Virus record (IMG/VR): IMGVR_UViG_3300030085_002431 | Span: 186,001-250,000 of that record | Strand: one strand, 5' to 3' | DNA length: 64,000 nt | Shown here: in pieces, positions 1-11,342 of the stretch | Numbering within the stretch: position 1 is the first letter of the stretch | Layout of the letters: each line of letters begins with the position of its first letter | Translations under genes and position numbers: made by a program | Notes under the pieces: generated by a model | Seen by the model: only the letters and a program-made list of their open reading frames with translations | What the model was told of the DNA's origin: nothing | Database searches by the model: none

Positions 1-7
1 CGAAGCA

Positions 8-1207
8 ATGGGTGCTATCTCATTGTATGGAAATACTGGTACATCACCATTCCGTGATTGTGCAAGAAGAACTGCTAATCCAACAAAACAGTCTGACCAA
101 TCACCAATGCCTCCTGGCATGATTGCACCAAATTGCATACCACCAGAAATTGAAGTTTTTGGTGATGGTGTTCTAGGACAAGTCCTTCCAATTGTTGGTA
201 AAGATGGTGGAATTTTAACTGTAAAGGTTATTAATCCAGGTAAGGGTTATTCAAAACCACCATCAATTAATATTATTGATAATACCAATCATGGTAATGG
301 TGCCAGATTACAAGCATCTATTGAAGATGGTAGAATAAGCAACGTTTATGTATTAAACCCAGGTTCTGGGTATTGTCCAGGAAATTATTCATCCATAGTA
401 TCTGATCCATCTTATGTTGTTTTTGCTGATAAGTATTCTGTATTTGAAGGTGATAGTGTAACATTTACTATTCAAACTGAAAATGTTCCTGATGGAAATA
501 AAGTAGAATGGTATTTTAGTGGAGATGTTTCAATAGATGACTTTGATTCTCCAACTGAACTGAGTGGTGAATTGGAAATCAAAAATGGTGAAGCAACTCT
601 TATAGCAAAAATTAGACAAGACAGTGTTACTGAACCTGTAGAAACACTATTTTTCGACTTATATGATAGTGGTGGAGATTATGTTGCAAGGACTAGGGTC
701 TTCCTCAATAATAGACTTTCACCAGTTTTAACACCAGAACCAGACGAACCAGTAGAGTCTCCACCAGGAACACCAGTTCCAAAAACTCCAGACGGTGGTA
801 CTTCTCCTGGAATTGGAACTGGTGGTGGTATTATTCCTGGAATTGGAACTGGTGGCACTGGTGGAACTGGAACTGGAGGTGGTGACCCTGGAATTGGAAC
901 TAATTTTGTTGGTATTATTACTAATATTATTGTTGATAGACCAGGATTTGGATATTCCACTGGTGATAGTGTTGAATTTGGTGGTTGTGTTTATAACCTT
1001 AAGGTCACTGAAACTGGTTCTATTGTTGGGGTTGAGTCTGCATCTTCATGTAAAAATGCTTACGAAGAAAATCCTGGAGAAGGTGTTATTACCACAACTA
1101 ATGGTCAAGCAGGAAGATTATTCGCAGTCTTAGAATTCACTCCTCTTACTAACAAAGTCACAGTTGTCGATGAGTTTGGTGTTATCTCAGTTGTTGATTG
1201 TGTCTAA
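8..1207 (+). CDS. Baseplate hub/gp5-like virion protein, C-terminal part (probably begins upstream of the window)
   Basis: Frame is open from the window edge. Repeated V.NPG.GY motifs typical of cyanophage structural proteins, a Calx-beta-like EGDSVTFT segment and a Gly/Thr/Pro linker. Lies before tail genes. Confidence 0.55.
   Translation: MGAISLYGNTGTSPFRDCARRTANPTKQSDQSPMPPGMIAPNCIPPEIEVFGDGVLGQVLPIVGKDGGILTVKVINPGKGYSKPPSINIIDNTNHGNGARLQASIEDGRISNVYVLNPGSGYCPGNYSSIVSDPSYVVFADKYSVFEGDSVTFTIQTENVPDGNKVEWYFSGDVSIDDFDSPTELSGELEIKNGEATLIAKIRQDSVTEPVETLFFDLYDSGGDYVARTRVFLNNRLSPVLTPEPDEPVESPPGTPVPKTPDGGTSPGIGTGGGIIPGIGTGGTGGTGTGGGDPGIGTNFVGIITNIIVDRPGFGYSTGDSVEFGGCVYNLKVTETGSIVGVESASSCKNAYEENPGEGVITTTNGQAGRLFAVLEFTPLTNKVTVVDEFGVISVVDCV
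805..901 (+). repeat. Gly/Thr-rich coding repeat (cctggaattggaact x3)
   Basis: Three copies encoding PGIGT within a low-complexity linker. Confidence 0.8.
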
Positions 1208-1233
1208 TAAATATCTAAAAATCCTTTTATAAA

Positions 1234-1785
1234 ATGACAGAACAACCAAAAGAGTGGTTTAGACAAGGATTCGGTTACAGAGAGCAATCTGGTGTCTACA
1301 TTGAAGGTAGAGAAGTTGGATACTCTCTAATAACTGATGAAGGTGTTGGGTATACTTATTACAAAGATGGTGGAAAGGAGGATGTTGTTCTAGAAACTTC
1401 ATTAGAAGTTTGTGGTAGGAGAGTAAAAGATAAAGAACCAGCAAAAGTAATCTATGCAAGAAATGGTGATATTCATTTTGAAGCACCAAATGGTCAGATA
1501 ACATTAAAGGCAAAGAACATAAGATTAGTTTCTCAAGATGGTGATGGTGAAGTTACCATTCAAGCAGGTAAAACCATCGAAATTGATGGTCCAACAGCTA
1601 GAGTCAAAGGAACCAATGTTGACATTACAGGAAAAAATTCTGTAAATATGATTGGAAATTATGTAGAATCTGCTGCTGGTGTGCAGCAATCAAGTGCATC
1701 ACTTGTTGATATTTTTCAAGGTTCTTTTATAGGTCAACTTCTAAATTCTCTCGGAAATCTTAAAAAATTCCTTCAACTTTTCTAA
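1234..1785 (+). CDS. Conserved baseplate-associated protein (gp5 C-terminal beta-helix-like)
   Basis: Repetitive G.I.I.A beta-strand pattern; ATAAATA late promoter at 1207-1213. Confidence 0.5.
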   Translation: MTEQPKEWFRQGFGYREQSGVYIEGREVGYSLITDEGVGYTYYKDGGKEDVVLETSLEVCGRRVKDKEPAKVIYARNGDIHFEAPNGQITLKAKNIRLVSQDGDGEVTIQAGKTIEIDGPTARVKGTNVDITGKNSVNMIGNYVESAAGVQQSSASLVDIFQGSFIGQLLNSLGNLKKFLQLF

Positions 1786-1788
1786 ACT

Positions 1789-2706
1789 ATGCCTGCACTA
1801 GCCTCTATTTCAACAATTGGTGATAAACTAATTGTCGGACAAGTTGATACTTCATTTTTGACTGCTACTGGTAGAGTTACACCAGGAACAGCAGTTCTAA
1901 ATGGACCTGTTTATATTGGTGCATCTCCTCAAATTGGTGTTGCTAGAGCAGCATGTATGATTGGTCCTCCTCTTCCTGGACTGTCAGTTCCTGCTTCACT
2001 TGAAGTTACAGGAGTTGCAAATGTCATTGGTGTTTTCAATGTCATAGCTGTTAGTACATTTACTGGTCTCACAACAAAACTTGGAACAACAATTAAGAAT
2101 GCTCTAAGTCTTAAGAATGGTGTTGACCTGAAAAATGCTGTCAATATTGGTAATGGTGTTTCTATTGATAACGCAAAAGCAGTTGTAAATGGTGCAGAGA
2201 CTGTTGCTGGTGTACTTTCTGCACCAGTTGCTAATATTCCATTGGTTAATGGATATTGTACTGGAAATAAATCAATTGGTTCTTTTGATATTCCTCATTG
2301 GAGAAAAGAAAATACTAGAATTCGTCATATAGTTGCTGAGGGACCAGAACCAGGGATATATGTCCGTGGACGTTTAACAGGAAACAATACAATTGAATTG
2401 CCAGAATATTGGGATGGTCTTGTTGACCCAGAATCAATCACCGTAACTCTTACACCTATTGGTTCTTCTCAAGATTTATTTGTTGATTCAATCCCTTGGG
2501 GAAGAAAGGTTATAATTAAATCTGGAAATGCATCTAATATTGATTGCTTTTATGAAGTTTGGGTAGCACGTTGGTTAGATCCAAGAGACCATAGCAAGAA
2601 ACTCCATGTAACTTATGAAGGAAAAACACCAGATGATTACCCAGGTGATGCCAAAGATTTCTTGGTTGGTGGATGGGACTATGACAGAAGAGAGTCTCAA
2701 TGGTGA
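1789..2706 (+). CDS. Virion structural protein with C-terminal chaperone-like domain
   Basis: FDIPH...H...EGPE...RG...IELPEYW..LV...ITV.LTPIG motif seen at C-termini of phage fibre/spike proteins. Confidence 0.55.
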   Translation: MPALASISTIGDKLIVGQVDTSFLTATGRVTPGTAVLNGPVYIGASPQIGVARAACMIGPPLPGLSVPASLEVTGVANVIGVFNVIAVSTFTGLTTKLGTTIKNALSLKNGVDLKNAVNIGNGVSIDNAKAVVNGAETVAGVLSAPVANIPLVNGYCTGNKSIGSFDIPHWRKENTRIRHIVAEGPEPGIYVRGRLTGNNTIELPEYWDGLVDPESITVTLTPIGSSQDLFVDSIPWGRKVIIKSGNASNIDCFYEVWVARWLDPRDHSKKLHVTYEGKTPDDYPGDAKDFLVGGWDYDRRESQW

Positions 2707-2708
2707 CC

Positions 2709-2716
2709 TATAAATA
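2709..2716 (+). promoter_or_regulatory. T4-type late promoter TATAAATA
   Basis: Exact T4 gp55 consensus 30 bp upstream of the 2746 start. Confidence 0.8.
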
Positions 2717-2745
2717 ATTTGAACATATTATCTTAATCTATATTC

Positions 2746-4467
2746 ATGTCCACGACACAAGATATTGTTAATGAGCTGAAAGAAGAACTTGAGTCTAAAA
2801 TCAAGCAACGTGAAGGTTGCCTAGACCAACTAAAGTTGGTTGACGTGACTTTGGACAAAATGGATAAAATAATTAAAAGAATTGATAGAGATGCACAAAG
2901 TCATATTGATGCATTAAATCCATATCTTACTGCAGTTGCGGATGCATATAAAGCAAGAGTTGATGCTGGTTGTAGAAGTAATCTTGAATGGGTAGTTGTA
3001 AGTGAGGAGACTAGACGTTCAAAAGCATTCGTCAGTGATAGAGAGATAACAGTATGGGAGTGTAAAGAAATTGAAAGCCTTGCGAGGCAAGAAAATTATC
3101 ATGGAATGAAGTACTACTCCAAACCATCAGATATAGATTATGGTTCATCTATAATTGGTGAGTTTTTTGGTTTGGTTTCTGCTGGTTCTACAGTCTTAGG
3201 AATTCATACCAGCTCTTTTGAAGCAGCTAATGCTGATGTTCTTGATTATGTCAATGGTATCGAAATTGGTCATGCCATTATTGATGATATTGAAAATCCA
3301 GAATTTTTCGATGCACAAGATATTCCAGTTGTTACTGGATTTGGGTTTACAGACTTTGTTGGTATTGTAACAACTCTTACTGGTGGTATTGATGCAGGCA
3401 GCAATGTTTTTAGACATTTTGGTGCTGGAATTACTACTGACGTGGTAAATTTGTTTAATGCAGGAGAAAGAATTGGTTTAAATGAACCGTTTGTGTCTGG
3501 AAATACAAATCCAGCAGATGTTTTTGCAGTTGGTTTTGCTACTGTTGTTGGATTTGGAACTTCGACTCAAATAATAGAATTTCAGGATCAATTTGGTATT
3601 CCACGACAGGATGAATTTGATATTCAAACTTTAATATTGTCGGAAAACGCAACGCAAGCTGTTGCTGAGCAAGAATTTACTGTTGGTATTCTGACTTCTA
3701 TCGGATGTTATTTCCTCGATACTGCGGCAAAGAAGACATCAGGAATCACTTCATTCTTTGCTATTAGGCAAGATGAAGACTTAGATGCTTCATTTGATTC
3801 TACGGCAAATCCACATAGCCCAGTAAAAATTGGAATTATAAAAGGTGGTAAGATGGGTGTAGGACATAGTGTATTCTATGTTAAAAATGGTGACCCATTT
3901 AAACAGGAAAAATGGAGACCAGAGACTGCACATGATGAGATTAAAATTAAAAAAGGAAAAGATATTCCTGCAGTTAAAGAACCAAAAGTTGGTGCAGGAA
4001 ATGCTCCATATAACGAAGGAAACTTCCAATGGCCAGTAAAGATTGAAACAGAAGAGGATGGAGGAAGTGGTCGTGGATGGAATTATGTTGACACTACATA
4101 TGCTACGAAGGGGCAGCAGGTAATTATCAGCAGTGAAGATGTTGGAGCAGGAAGTAGTTCTGGTTCATCTGTTGGAGTTGGGTATCTGGCAACAAGTGCT
4201 CAAAATCCATCATCGTCAACTTGTTCTGCTCTCGATGATGCTATTTCGCAAGCAGAAGCAGCAAGAGATAATGCCGTTGCTATTCATGAACCACTTGCTC
4301 GGGGAATTATGGCATTATCAGCAACATTAAGAGAAAATAGAGCAGGGAAGCAGATGCTTGCTTGGTCACTTCTTCAAGCATCTAGGTCTTTACGTGATGA
4401 TATTGAAAAATTGACAAAACAAGTTGCGAGTTTACAAAATACTGATTTATCTAAGTATGACGAGTGA
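2746..4467 (+). CDS. Virion structural protein with coiled-coil termini
   Basis: 573 aa ORF with late promoter, in structural cluster. Confidence 0.6.
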   Translation: MSTTQDIVNELKEELESKIKQREGCLDQLKLVDVTLDKMDKIIKRIDRDAQSHIDALNPYLTAVADAYKARVDAGCRSNLEWVVVSEETRRSKAFVSDREITVWECKEIESLARQENYHGMKYYSKPSDIDYGSSIIGEFFGLVSAGSTVLGIHTSSFEAANADVLDYVNGIEIGHAIIDDIENPEFFDAQDIPVVTGFGFTDFVGIVTTLTGGIDAGSNVFRHFGAGITTDVVNLFNAGERIGLNEPFVSGNTNPADVFAVGFATVVGFGTSTQIIEFQDQFGIPRQDEFDIQTLILSENATQAVAEQEFTVGILTSIGCYFLDTAAKKTSGITSFFAIRQDEDLDASFDSTANPHSPVKIGIIKGGKMGVGHSVFYVKNGDPFKQEKWRPETAHDEIKIKKGKDIPAVKEPKVGAGNAPYNEGNFQWPVKIETEEDGGSGRGWNYVDTTYATKGQQVIISSEDVGAGSSSGSSVGVGYLATSAQNPSSSTCSALDDAISQAEAARDNAVAIHEPLARGIMALSATLRENRAGKQMLAWSLLQASRSLRDDIEKLTKQVASLQNTDLSKYDE

Positions 4468-4523
4468 TGTTCTTCGTGGTGACCTATATAGTATAAGAAA
4501 AAGTACACCGAACTTAGAGTCTA

Positions 4524-7500
4524 ATGGCGGACAGATATCCCTTAGTAGCCAACTCTTCCACAAATAGGATAGAAGAGTTAGCAATAAATGATAATTTAAA
4601 TCTAAACAACAACGGAATTGTTGGTGCGTCTACAGTACGGGCAAGTAGTTTTATTGGTGACTTAGTTGGTACTGCAACAACTTCCACGCAATTAACAAGT
4701 GCTTCTAATATTTTAGATGGCATTCTGCCTACAGACAGATTAAGTGGTAATTATAATATTGGTGTATCGACAGCAGATACTCTAACAAATGCTGCAAATA
4801 TTTTAAGTGGAACTGTCCCTAGGGGTAGATTGGATGGTGAATATGATATTGATATAACAGGAACTGCTTCAACTGCAGGTGCATTATCCAATGCTTCAGC
4901 AATTAGTGGTGGTACAATTCCAGCATCTGTACTATCTGGTACTTACAACATTGATATTTCTGGTACGGCATATCGTTCAGTTGGTGCTGCATTATCAATT
5001 ACTGTTCAAAATCAAACTGATAATCAGAATCAATACGTTCTTTTTGCTAAACATACAAATACTGATGCTAGTGCGTTCGTAAATCCAGGTGGACTTACAT
5101 ATAATCCAGGACAAAACTACCTAGGCATTAATACAAGTTTACCAGAGTTTGAACTAGATGTTCTTGGTGATATTAGAGCATCTGGAATCAGTAGTTCAAA
5201 TGTTTCTTTTGCAAACACTGCAACTATTGGTTCACTTAAAGGACTGACTGCTATTGATTCAACCAGTATCAGTACGATTCAAGTATCACTTGGTCTTGAC
5301 CAGTTAAATGACCTGACTGTTATTGGTATTAGTACATTTGAGACTCTCATAGTTCAAAACCAAACGACACTTAATGATTTAAATGCAACTGGTGTCTCTA
5401 CTATTGCAAATGCAAATATAACAGAACTGACGGCAGGAAACTCCAACATTGGAATTGCTACTGCCACAGAACTCAGTGTAGGAATTGGAACTACGGCACA
5501 GACAGTAGTTAGTAGTACAAGAGAATTACAAAATATTGTTGGTGTTGATACTGTAACTTCACAAACTCTCCGTGATAATCTAGGTCTAACTCAATTAGAC
5601 AGCATTAATGTTACGGGTCTCAGTACATTTGCGGATATTGATGCAGATGAAGTAGGTGTCTCAACATTAACTGCAGGAACAGTAAATGCTACAACCTACT
5701 TAGGTAATGGTGCTGCACTTGCTGGAATCGTTACTCAAATCACCGCAGGGATTGGAGTTACACTATCACCATCTAATGGTGTAGGAAACGTACAAATCAA
5801 TGCTTACAGACCAGTTGGCAAGACAATCTTTGTTGCTAAGTCTGGTGATGACAATAATACTGGATTGACTGATAGTCATCCAAAACTAACAATTAAAGCT
5901 GCTGCAGCAGTTGCAGAAGCAGGTGATACTATTAAAGTATATCCTGGTCTTTATCAAGAAGCAAACCCAATTGTACTTAATAAGTTCGTTGCTGTTGAGG
6001 GTCTAGAACTAAGAAACTGCCAGGTAAGTGCATCAAATTCTGCTTTAGATCTCTTCCATGTTAATAATGGTTGCCATATTACTGACCTAAGTTTTGTTGG
6101 TCCTGATGCAACAGGTGGTGCTGCTGCTGTAGCATTCAACCCACTATCGGGTGTTTCTTCTGACAGATTCTTTGATGGTGCAAGACTCATCCGAATGAAT
6201 CTGGATTACATTGCCCGTGAAGCAGTTGGTTTCCTTACCAGTACAGATTATCTAGACCCACCATTTGAAGTAACACCAGGTGGTCCAACTGATTGTGCTG
6301 ATGATATCAAAGATGTCTTCAGAGCAGTGATGTTTGATATCACTAGAGGAGGAAACTCTAAGTGTGTTGGTGCTGGTAAGTCATACTTCTCTGAAGCAGG
6401 AGCACTTCTTCACGTTACTGGAACAGATGCAAATGGATATAGTGTAAAGGATGCAACGATTGCAGCAATGAATAAGGCTGTTGGAATTGCATTTTCTTGT
6501 ATTACTAATGTTTCTTGGACTGGTGGATATCAAAATGAATTCTATCAAGTAAAAGACGTTGGAATTTACGCAGACTCTGCAACTGGTTCTAACCAAGACT
6601 TTGGTTCATGTGCAAATGTTAAATCTGCAATCAATACTTGCGTAGGTATTGTTACAACAATCATTGGTGCTGGAACTACTGGAAACATTAACGCAGGAAT
6701 CAATACAACATATCCTGGTAACAATGGTCAAGGTGCTCCAACCGAAAATCATTCTTCATTCTCCCCTGGTGTTGGTCCAATTACTCAAGGTCCATACATC
6801 AGAAACTGCACAAACTTTATCGGTAACAGCATTGGTCTAAAGGTTGATGGTTTCAATGCAGAACCAGGAGACCTAGATGATATTGGTGTTACTGGTTCAA
6901 TGTCAGTTGACTCCTACACTCAATTTAATCAAGGTGGCATTGGTGTTTCAGTTTCTAATGGTGCATATGCTCAGTTAGTTTCACTATTCACTATTTGCAA
7001 TGAAGAAGCAGTTGTTTCAACTTCTGGTGGTCAACTCGACTTAACAAACTCCAACTCTTCTTTTGGAACTAAAGGTCTTGTTTCTAGAGGTGTTGGAAAT
7101 AATGGAACTAAGTCAATTTATACATTAACTGGTGTAGGACAAACAGAAGCACTGGCAAGACAAAATGAAGTTGTTGTTTCTGGAGTAGGAACATTTAGAC
7201 CATATGATGGTCAAGTCTTATACTTTGACCAACTATATCAGTCCGTCCAGGAAATTAGAGTGTTAGATGCAGGTAACAATTATACCACTGCACCTAGAGT
7301 TACTATTGATGCACCAGTAGGACAGAATGGAATTACGGCACAAGCAACTGCAACCGTAGAGAATGGAAGAATTGCAAGCATAACAGTTATTACTGCTGGT
7401 TCTCAATACGATACAACTCCAAGTGTTACTGTCGAAGGACCAGTTGGTGGTGGTGTAACCGCAACTGCAGAAGTAGCAGTAATGTCACCAATTTATTATA

Positions 7501-7886
7501 GAGTTACTGAAGCAACCTTACCTTCTGCAGGCATTACAACAATCACTCTTGCTAACAATCTAAATAATACAGTAAGTGCGGGAAGTACAGTTTATTTCTC
7601 CAGATTGAGTCAGCAACTTGCATCATCTCACTCATTTGAGTTTATTGGTTCTGGAACAAATATTCTCTTAGCAAAACCTGCTCTTGGTGGTGTAACAATC
7701 CAAGAAAATGAAATTGTGAAACTTGATGGTGGTGAAATCATCTTCACTAGCACAGACCAAGCAGGTAACTTCAGAATTGGAGATGGTATTGTCATTAATC
7801 AGGCAACTGGTTCATTGACTGGTACTGACTTCACGAAGGCACTATTCACGACCATGACCCCATTCATTCTCGCACTCGCAGACTAA
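4524..7886 (+). CDS. Tail fibre-like virion protein (pectin-lyase-like beta-helix and repeat modules)
   Basis: 1120 aa, Gly/Thr/Ser-rich; FVAKSGDDNN.G....P.LTI..A motif; PYIRNCT; AG.NYT..P.VTI repeats. Confidence 0.7.
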   Translation: MADRYPLVANSSTNRIEELAINDNLNLNNNGIVGASTVRASSFIGDLVGTATTSTQLTSASNILDGILPTDRLSGNYNIGVSTADTLTNAANILSGTVPRGRLDGEYDIDITGTASTAGALSNASAISGGTIPASVLSGTYNIDISGTAYRSVGAALSITVQNQTDNQNQYVLFAKHTNTDASAFVNPGGLTYNPGQNYLGINTSLPEFELDVLGDIRASGISSSNVSFANTATIGSLKGLTAIDSTSISTIQVSLGLDQLNDLTVIGISTFETLIVQNQTTLNDLNATGVSTIANANITELTAGNSNIGIATATELSVGIGTTAQTVVSSTRELQNIVGVDTVTSQTLRDNLGLTQLDSINVTGLSTFADIDADEVGVSTLTAGTVNATTYLGNGAALAGIVTQITAGIGVTLSPSNGVGNVQINAYRPVGKTIFVAKSGDDNNTGLTDSHPKLTIKAAAAVAEAGDTIKVYPGLYQEANPIVLNKFVAVEGLELRNCQVSASNSALDLFHVNNGCHITDLSFVGPDATGGAAAVAFNPLSGVSSDRFFDGARLIRMNLDYIAREAVGFLTSTDYLDPPFEVTPGGPTDCADDIKDVFRAVMFDITRGGNSKCVGAGKSYFSEAGALLHVTGTDANGYSVKDATIAAMNKAVGIAFSCITNVSWTGGYQNEFYQVKDVGIYADSATGSNQDFGSCANVKSAINTCVGIVTTIIGAGTTGNINAGINTTYPGNNGQGAPTENHSSFSPGVGPITQGPYIRNCTNFIGNSIGLKVDGFNAEPGDLDDIGVTGSMSVDSYTQFNQGGIGVSVSNGAYAQLVSLFTICNEEAVVSTSGGQLDLTNSNSSFGTKGLVSRGVGNNGTKSIYTLTGVGQTEALARQNEVVVSGVGTFRPYDGQVLYFDQLYQSVQEIRVLDAGNNYTTAPRVTIDAPVGQNGITAQATATVENGRIASITVITAGSQYDTTPSVTVEGPVGGGVTATAEVAVMSPIYYRVTEATLPSAGITTITLANNLNNTVSAGSTVYFSRLSQQLASSHSFEFIGSGTNILLAKPALGGVTIQENEIVKLDGGEIIFTSTDQAGNFRIGDGIVINQATGSLTGTDFTKALFTTMTPFILALAD

Positions 7887-7901
7887 GGAGGAACTTAACA
7901 A

Positions 7902-8255
7902 ATGGCACTCGCAGCCGCAGCAGTTAATAATTTTAAGACTGTTACGAAAGTTGTTCAAACAACTACTGACGTTATCTATGAAGCACCAGTTGGTTTTGTT
8001 GGTGTTATTCTGCTTGCACAATGTGCAAACATTGGTTCTGATGAAGAGACACTAACTTTCTTACATAATAGACAGGTTAGTGGTTCAACTGTAACTACGG
8101 AAATTATTAAAGATTTCCCAATTCCAGGAAACGACACCGCAAATGTTTTATCGGGTAAACTGGTACTAGAGACTGGAGACACCATTTCTGTTAGTGGAAG
8201 CAGTAATACAGATTTAAAATTTATCATCAGTATTCTTGAAACATTTAATCAGTAA
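7902..8255 (+). CDS. Small tail-fibre-associated protein
   Basis: IYEAP...KLVLETGD.I motif; strong SD (aggagg). Confidence 0.6.
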   Translation: MALAAAAVNNFKTVTKVVQTTTDVIYEAPVGFVGVILLAQCANIGSDEETLTFLHNRQVSGSTVTTEIIKDFPIPGNDTANVLSGKLVLETGDTISVSGSSNTDLKFIISILETFNQ

Positions 8256-8264
8256 TATTTAAAA

Positions 8265-10766
8265 ATGTCCGACTATTTAAGTAAAAGAGTAAAGAAGGTA
8301 TTTGGGGAGGGTCTCTCCAACTCTCGTTATGATTACTTGTCACTAGAACAAGCAGAACCTGACCTCGGAAATCCACTGGTTGGACCTTCTTCCATTGGTG
8401 CAAAACCAAACCCAACAGGGGTAGCATATATTCTTGCATCCTTTGCAACAACATCAAAGGCAGATAGATACTGGGTTCCACCATCGGAACTACAGGGTCT
8501 TGGTCTTGGATTGATTCCTGGTGCTTTCACAATTAGAGATGAAGGTGCTACAGTTGGTACTGCAAACAGTTTTACTACTCTAAATTTTGTCGGACAAGAT
8601 GTCGATTTAGATTATGTTGGACCGAATCCAGATGAGCAAACTGGTATTGCAACAGTAAGAATTAATTCCAAAGGTAGAGGAGTTATTAGTGCTATTCAAT
8701 ACCATAGTTCAACAACTCTAACCGATGGTGCTCCAGACTTTGTTTATGATGAGAATACAAACTCAGTTGGTATTGGAACAACTACACCAATTGTTACTCT
8801 GGATGTAAGAGGTACAGCATCCATAAGTGGGATAAGCACATTTAAATCTAATGTTAATTTAGATGATAACACTTCTTTAAGTATTGGAGTTAGTAGTGAT
8901 TTTACTATCACTCATGATGGAACAGATACAAATATTGTAAGTAATACTGGTAAGTTAAATCTAGACTCAGATGATTTAAATATTGCTGCAACTAGGACAG
9001 GTAAAGAATATATTACTGCTGTTGATGGAGCAGCAGTCTCCATTTTCCATAATGGTTTAAATGACACTGGTGCTGGTTCTACTCATAAGAGAATAGAAAC
9101 AACCAGATATGGAACTACATTTAAAGGTAGTGGCGTATTTGAAGAAGGACTTCACGTTGTAGATGATAAAGCAATTAGAGTTGGTACAGGAACTGACTTA
9201 ACCATCTACCATGACGGAACAGATACTTATATTGATAATGAAGAAGGTTCTCTCTATATTAGAGATACTTCCAATGGTGATGTTCGTATCCAAGCAAATT
9301 CTGGTGAAGACTCTGCTATCTTTAACGATGATGGTTCAGTAGAACTATACCATGATAATGTTAAGAAGTTTGAGACTACTGGTATTGGTGCAACTGTATA
9401 TGGTACGTTAGAATCAACGGCAGTAGATACAGAAACAGTCTCTGCTACTACTGTAAATTCATCTGATATCTTTGTATCTGGTCTTACGACTACTACAGAC
9501 TTTAGAACTAAGTATGCTAATGTATCCACAGCAGGTACAATTACAAACTTCTTTGCAACTCATGCAAATGTTGCGGGACTGACTACAACTACCAGATTTT
9601 ACTCTGGTAAGGCATCTATTGGTTCAACCCTCACTGCTACTCATATTGGTATAAACACAGAACCAGAATATCCACTCGATGTCAATGGTGAAGCAAGATT
9701 TGGAGATTTGATTTATGTTAGTAATGGAACTGGTATCACTGGAGAAGTACTCCTTTCTCAAGGAGGTAGTAACCCACCTGTATGGGGTCCTCCAACTAAC
9801 GTTACGGTTGGTTCTGCCCAGTCTGTTTACATCGATGACGTAACTGCTAACCAGACACATTTTCTCACATTCTCTACAGAGGCAGACGATACTGGATACA
9901 TCAAAGTAGATACAGAAGGTCTGTTCTACAATCCTTCATCAAATACACTTGGTATTGGTAGCACTGCTAATCATACCCTGGATGTTCTAGGTGATATTAA
10001 CTTTACTGGAACTCTTCTTCAAAATGGTGAACTTGGTGTATTCTCTCGATGGACTATCGATGATGTATCACAAGATATTTTCCGTTTTGCAGGAAATATT
10101 GGTATTGGAACAAGTACTCTAAGTCATAAGTTCACAGTTCTTGGTGATACTTTACTAGAAGGTGATACAACAATCCGTGGACAGATTGCAAATGGTCTGA
10201 CAGTATCTGGTATTGCAACTATTGACCAGTTCACTTCTGCGGATAGTAATATTGACCTCTTAACTGTAGGTGCGGGTGGAACTGTATTGACTGCAAGTGC
10301 TGATGGCACTGTAGCAGTTGGTATTGGAACCACAACTGCATCTCTAACAGTAGTTGGTGAAACTATCCTTGATGGTGTTACCCACTTTGACGGAACAATC
10401 ACCGAAAAGATTCATAATACTTATGGAACTGATATTCCATCTACAGGTGGAAAGATGACTCTAGATGTCAACACAGGAACAGTGGTTGTTGGAGTTCTCA
10501 CTGAGGCAGTAGGTGAGTGGGCATTTACTGGTGTGGACACTAGTGGTCCAAAAGCAACAACAATGACTCTAATTATTGACTCCGACTCACTACTTGGATA
10601 TGCAGAAACATGTAGTGTAAACGGTGGTGCTCCATTCGGTGTACGATGGGGTGGTGGTATTGCACCTCTGCCAACTAACAACGAGGATATTATTAGTTTC
10701 ACAATTGCAACCGACTCTAATGGTCAAATAAGAGTCTTCGGTTCCTCCTCACTCAACTTTAGCTGA
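8265..10766 (+). CDS. Tail fibre protein
   Basis: 833 aa; repeated VGIGT, LDV.G and DLTIYHDGTD modules. Confidence 0.75.
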   Translation: MSDYLSKRVKKVFGEGLSNSRYDYLSLEQAEPDLGNPLVGPSSIGAKPNPTGVAYILASFATTSKADRYWVPPSELQGLGLGLIPGAFTIRDEGATVGTANSFTTLNFVGQDVDLDYVGPNPDEQTGIATVRINSKGRGVISAIQYHSSTTLTDGAPDFVYDENTNSVGIGTTTPIVTLDVRGTASISGISTFKSNVNLDDNTSLSIGVSSDFTITHDGTDTNIVSNTGKLNLDSDDLNIAATRTGKEYITAVDGAAVSIFHNGLNDTGAGSTHKRIETTRYGTTFKGSGVFEEGLHVVDDKAIRVGTGTDLTIYHDGTDTYIDNEEGSLYIRDTSNGDVRIQANSGEDSAIFNDDGSVELYHDNVKKFETTGIGATVYGTLESTAVDTETVSATTVNSSDIFVSGLTTTTDFRTKYANVSTAGTITNFFATHANVAGLTTTTRFYSGKASIGSTLTATHIGINTEPEYPLDVNGEARFGDLIYVSNGTGITGEVLLSQGGSNPPVWGPPTNVTVGSAQSVYIDDVTANQTHFLTFSTEADDTGYIKVDTEGLFYNPSSNTLGIGSTANHTLDVLGDINFTGTLLQNGELGVFSRWTIDDVSQDIFRFAGNIGIGTSTLSHKFTVLGDTLLEGDTTIRGQIANGLTVSGIATIDQFTSADSNIDLLTVGAGGTVLTASADGTVAVGIGTTTASLTVVGETILDGVTHFDGTITEKIHNTYGTDIPSTGGKMTLDVNTGTVVVGVLTEAVGEWAFTGVDTSGPKATTMTLIIDSDSLLGYAETCSVNGGAPFGVRWGGGIAPLPTNNEDIISFTIATDSNGQIRVFGSSSLNFS

Positions 10767-10772
10767 TAAGAT

Positions 10773-11342
10773 ATGCCTACTTCATTTGGTGTTGCCAAAG
10801 CATTCCGTTCTGGTGAATTCCGTGACCCAGCAGTTACATATGGTGACTTTTTTGTTTTTAATTTCATTATGACTGCTGGTTCTGACTTGGATATCAGGGC
10901 AAAACTTCTCAATCCAACAGGTGTCAATGAGACTATTGGGTGGGGTAGGGATAATACAATGAGATATAATAATATTACCTTTGCATATTGGGGTGGAGAT
11001 AACACGGGTGGTGGTAGAGAAACCTTCTATCTTGACAGGTCACAATTTCTACAAGCATTTCCTACTGCAACATCTTTTGAGTTTGACTTAAGATGCTTTT
11101 GGAACGCAGTTTCTGGTGGTAATGTTATCACTAATATTGATGCATATCAAGGTGGTTCCATGGTTTTGAATACCAATACAAGAGTATGGGAAAATCCTAC
11201 AGCAGACAATGATTTCCCAGCATCTAAATCTGCATCAAAAGTAATTACTCTACAAACATCTAACGTAGAGACAGAAGGTCAGAGAGCATCTAGAGTGCAA
11301 GTCAACCTCAGTGCTGAAACCATTCAGTTCTTTGCCAACTGA
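10773..11342 (+). CDS. Hypothetical protein (fibre-associated)
   Basis: 189 aa ORF 6 bp after the fibre gene; DLDIR...WGGDNTGGGRE motif. Confidence 0.55.
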   Translation: MPTSFGVAKAFRSGEFRDPAVTYGDFFVFNFIMTAGSDLDIRAKLLNPTGVNETIGWGRDNTMRYNNITFAYWGGDNTGGGRETFYLDRSQFLQAFPTATSFEFDLRCFWNAVSGGNVITNIDAYQGGSMVLNTNTRVWENPTADNDFPASKSASKVITLQTSNVETEGQRASRVQVNLSAETIQFFAN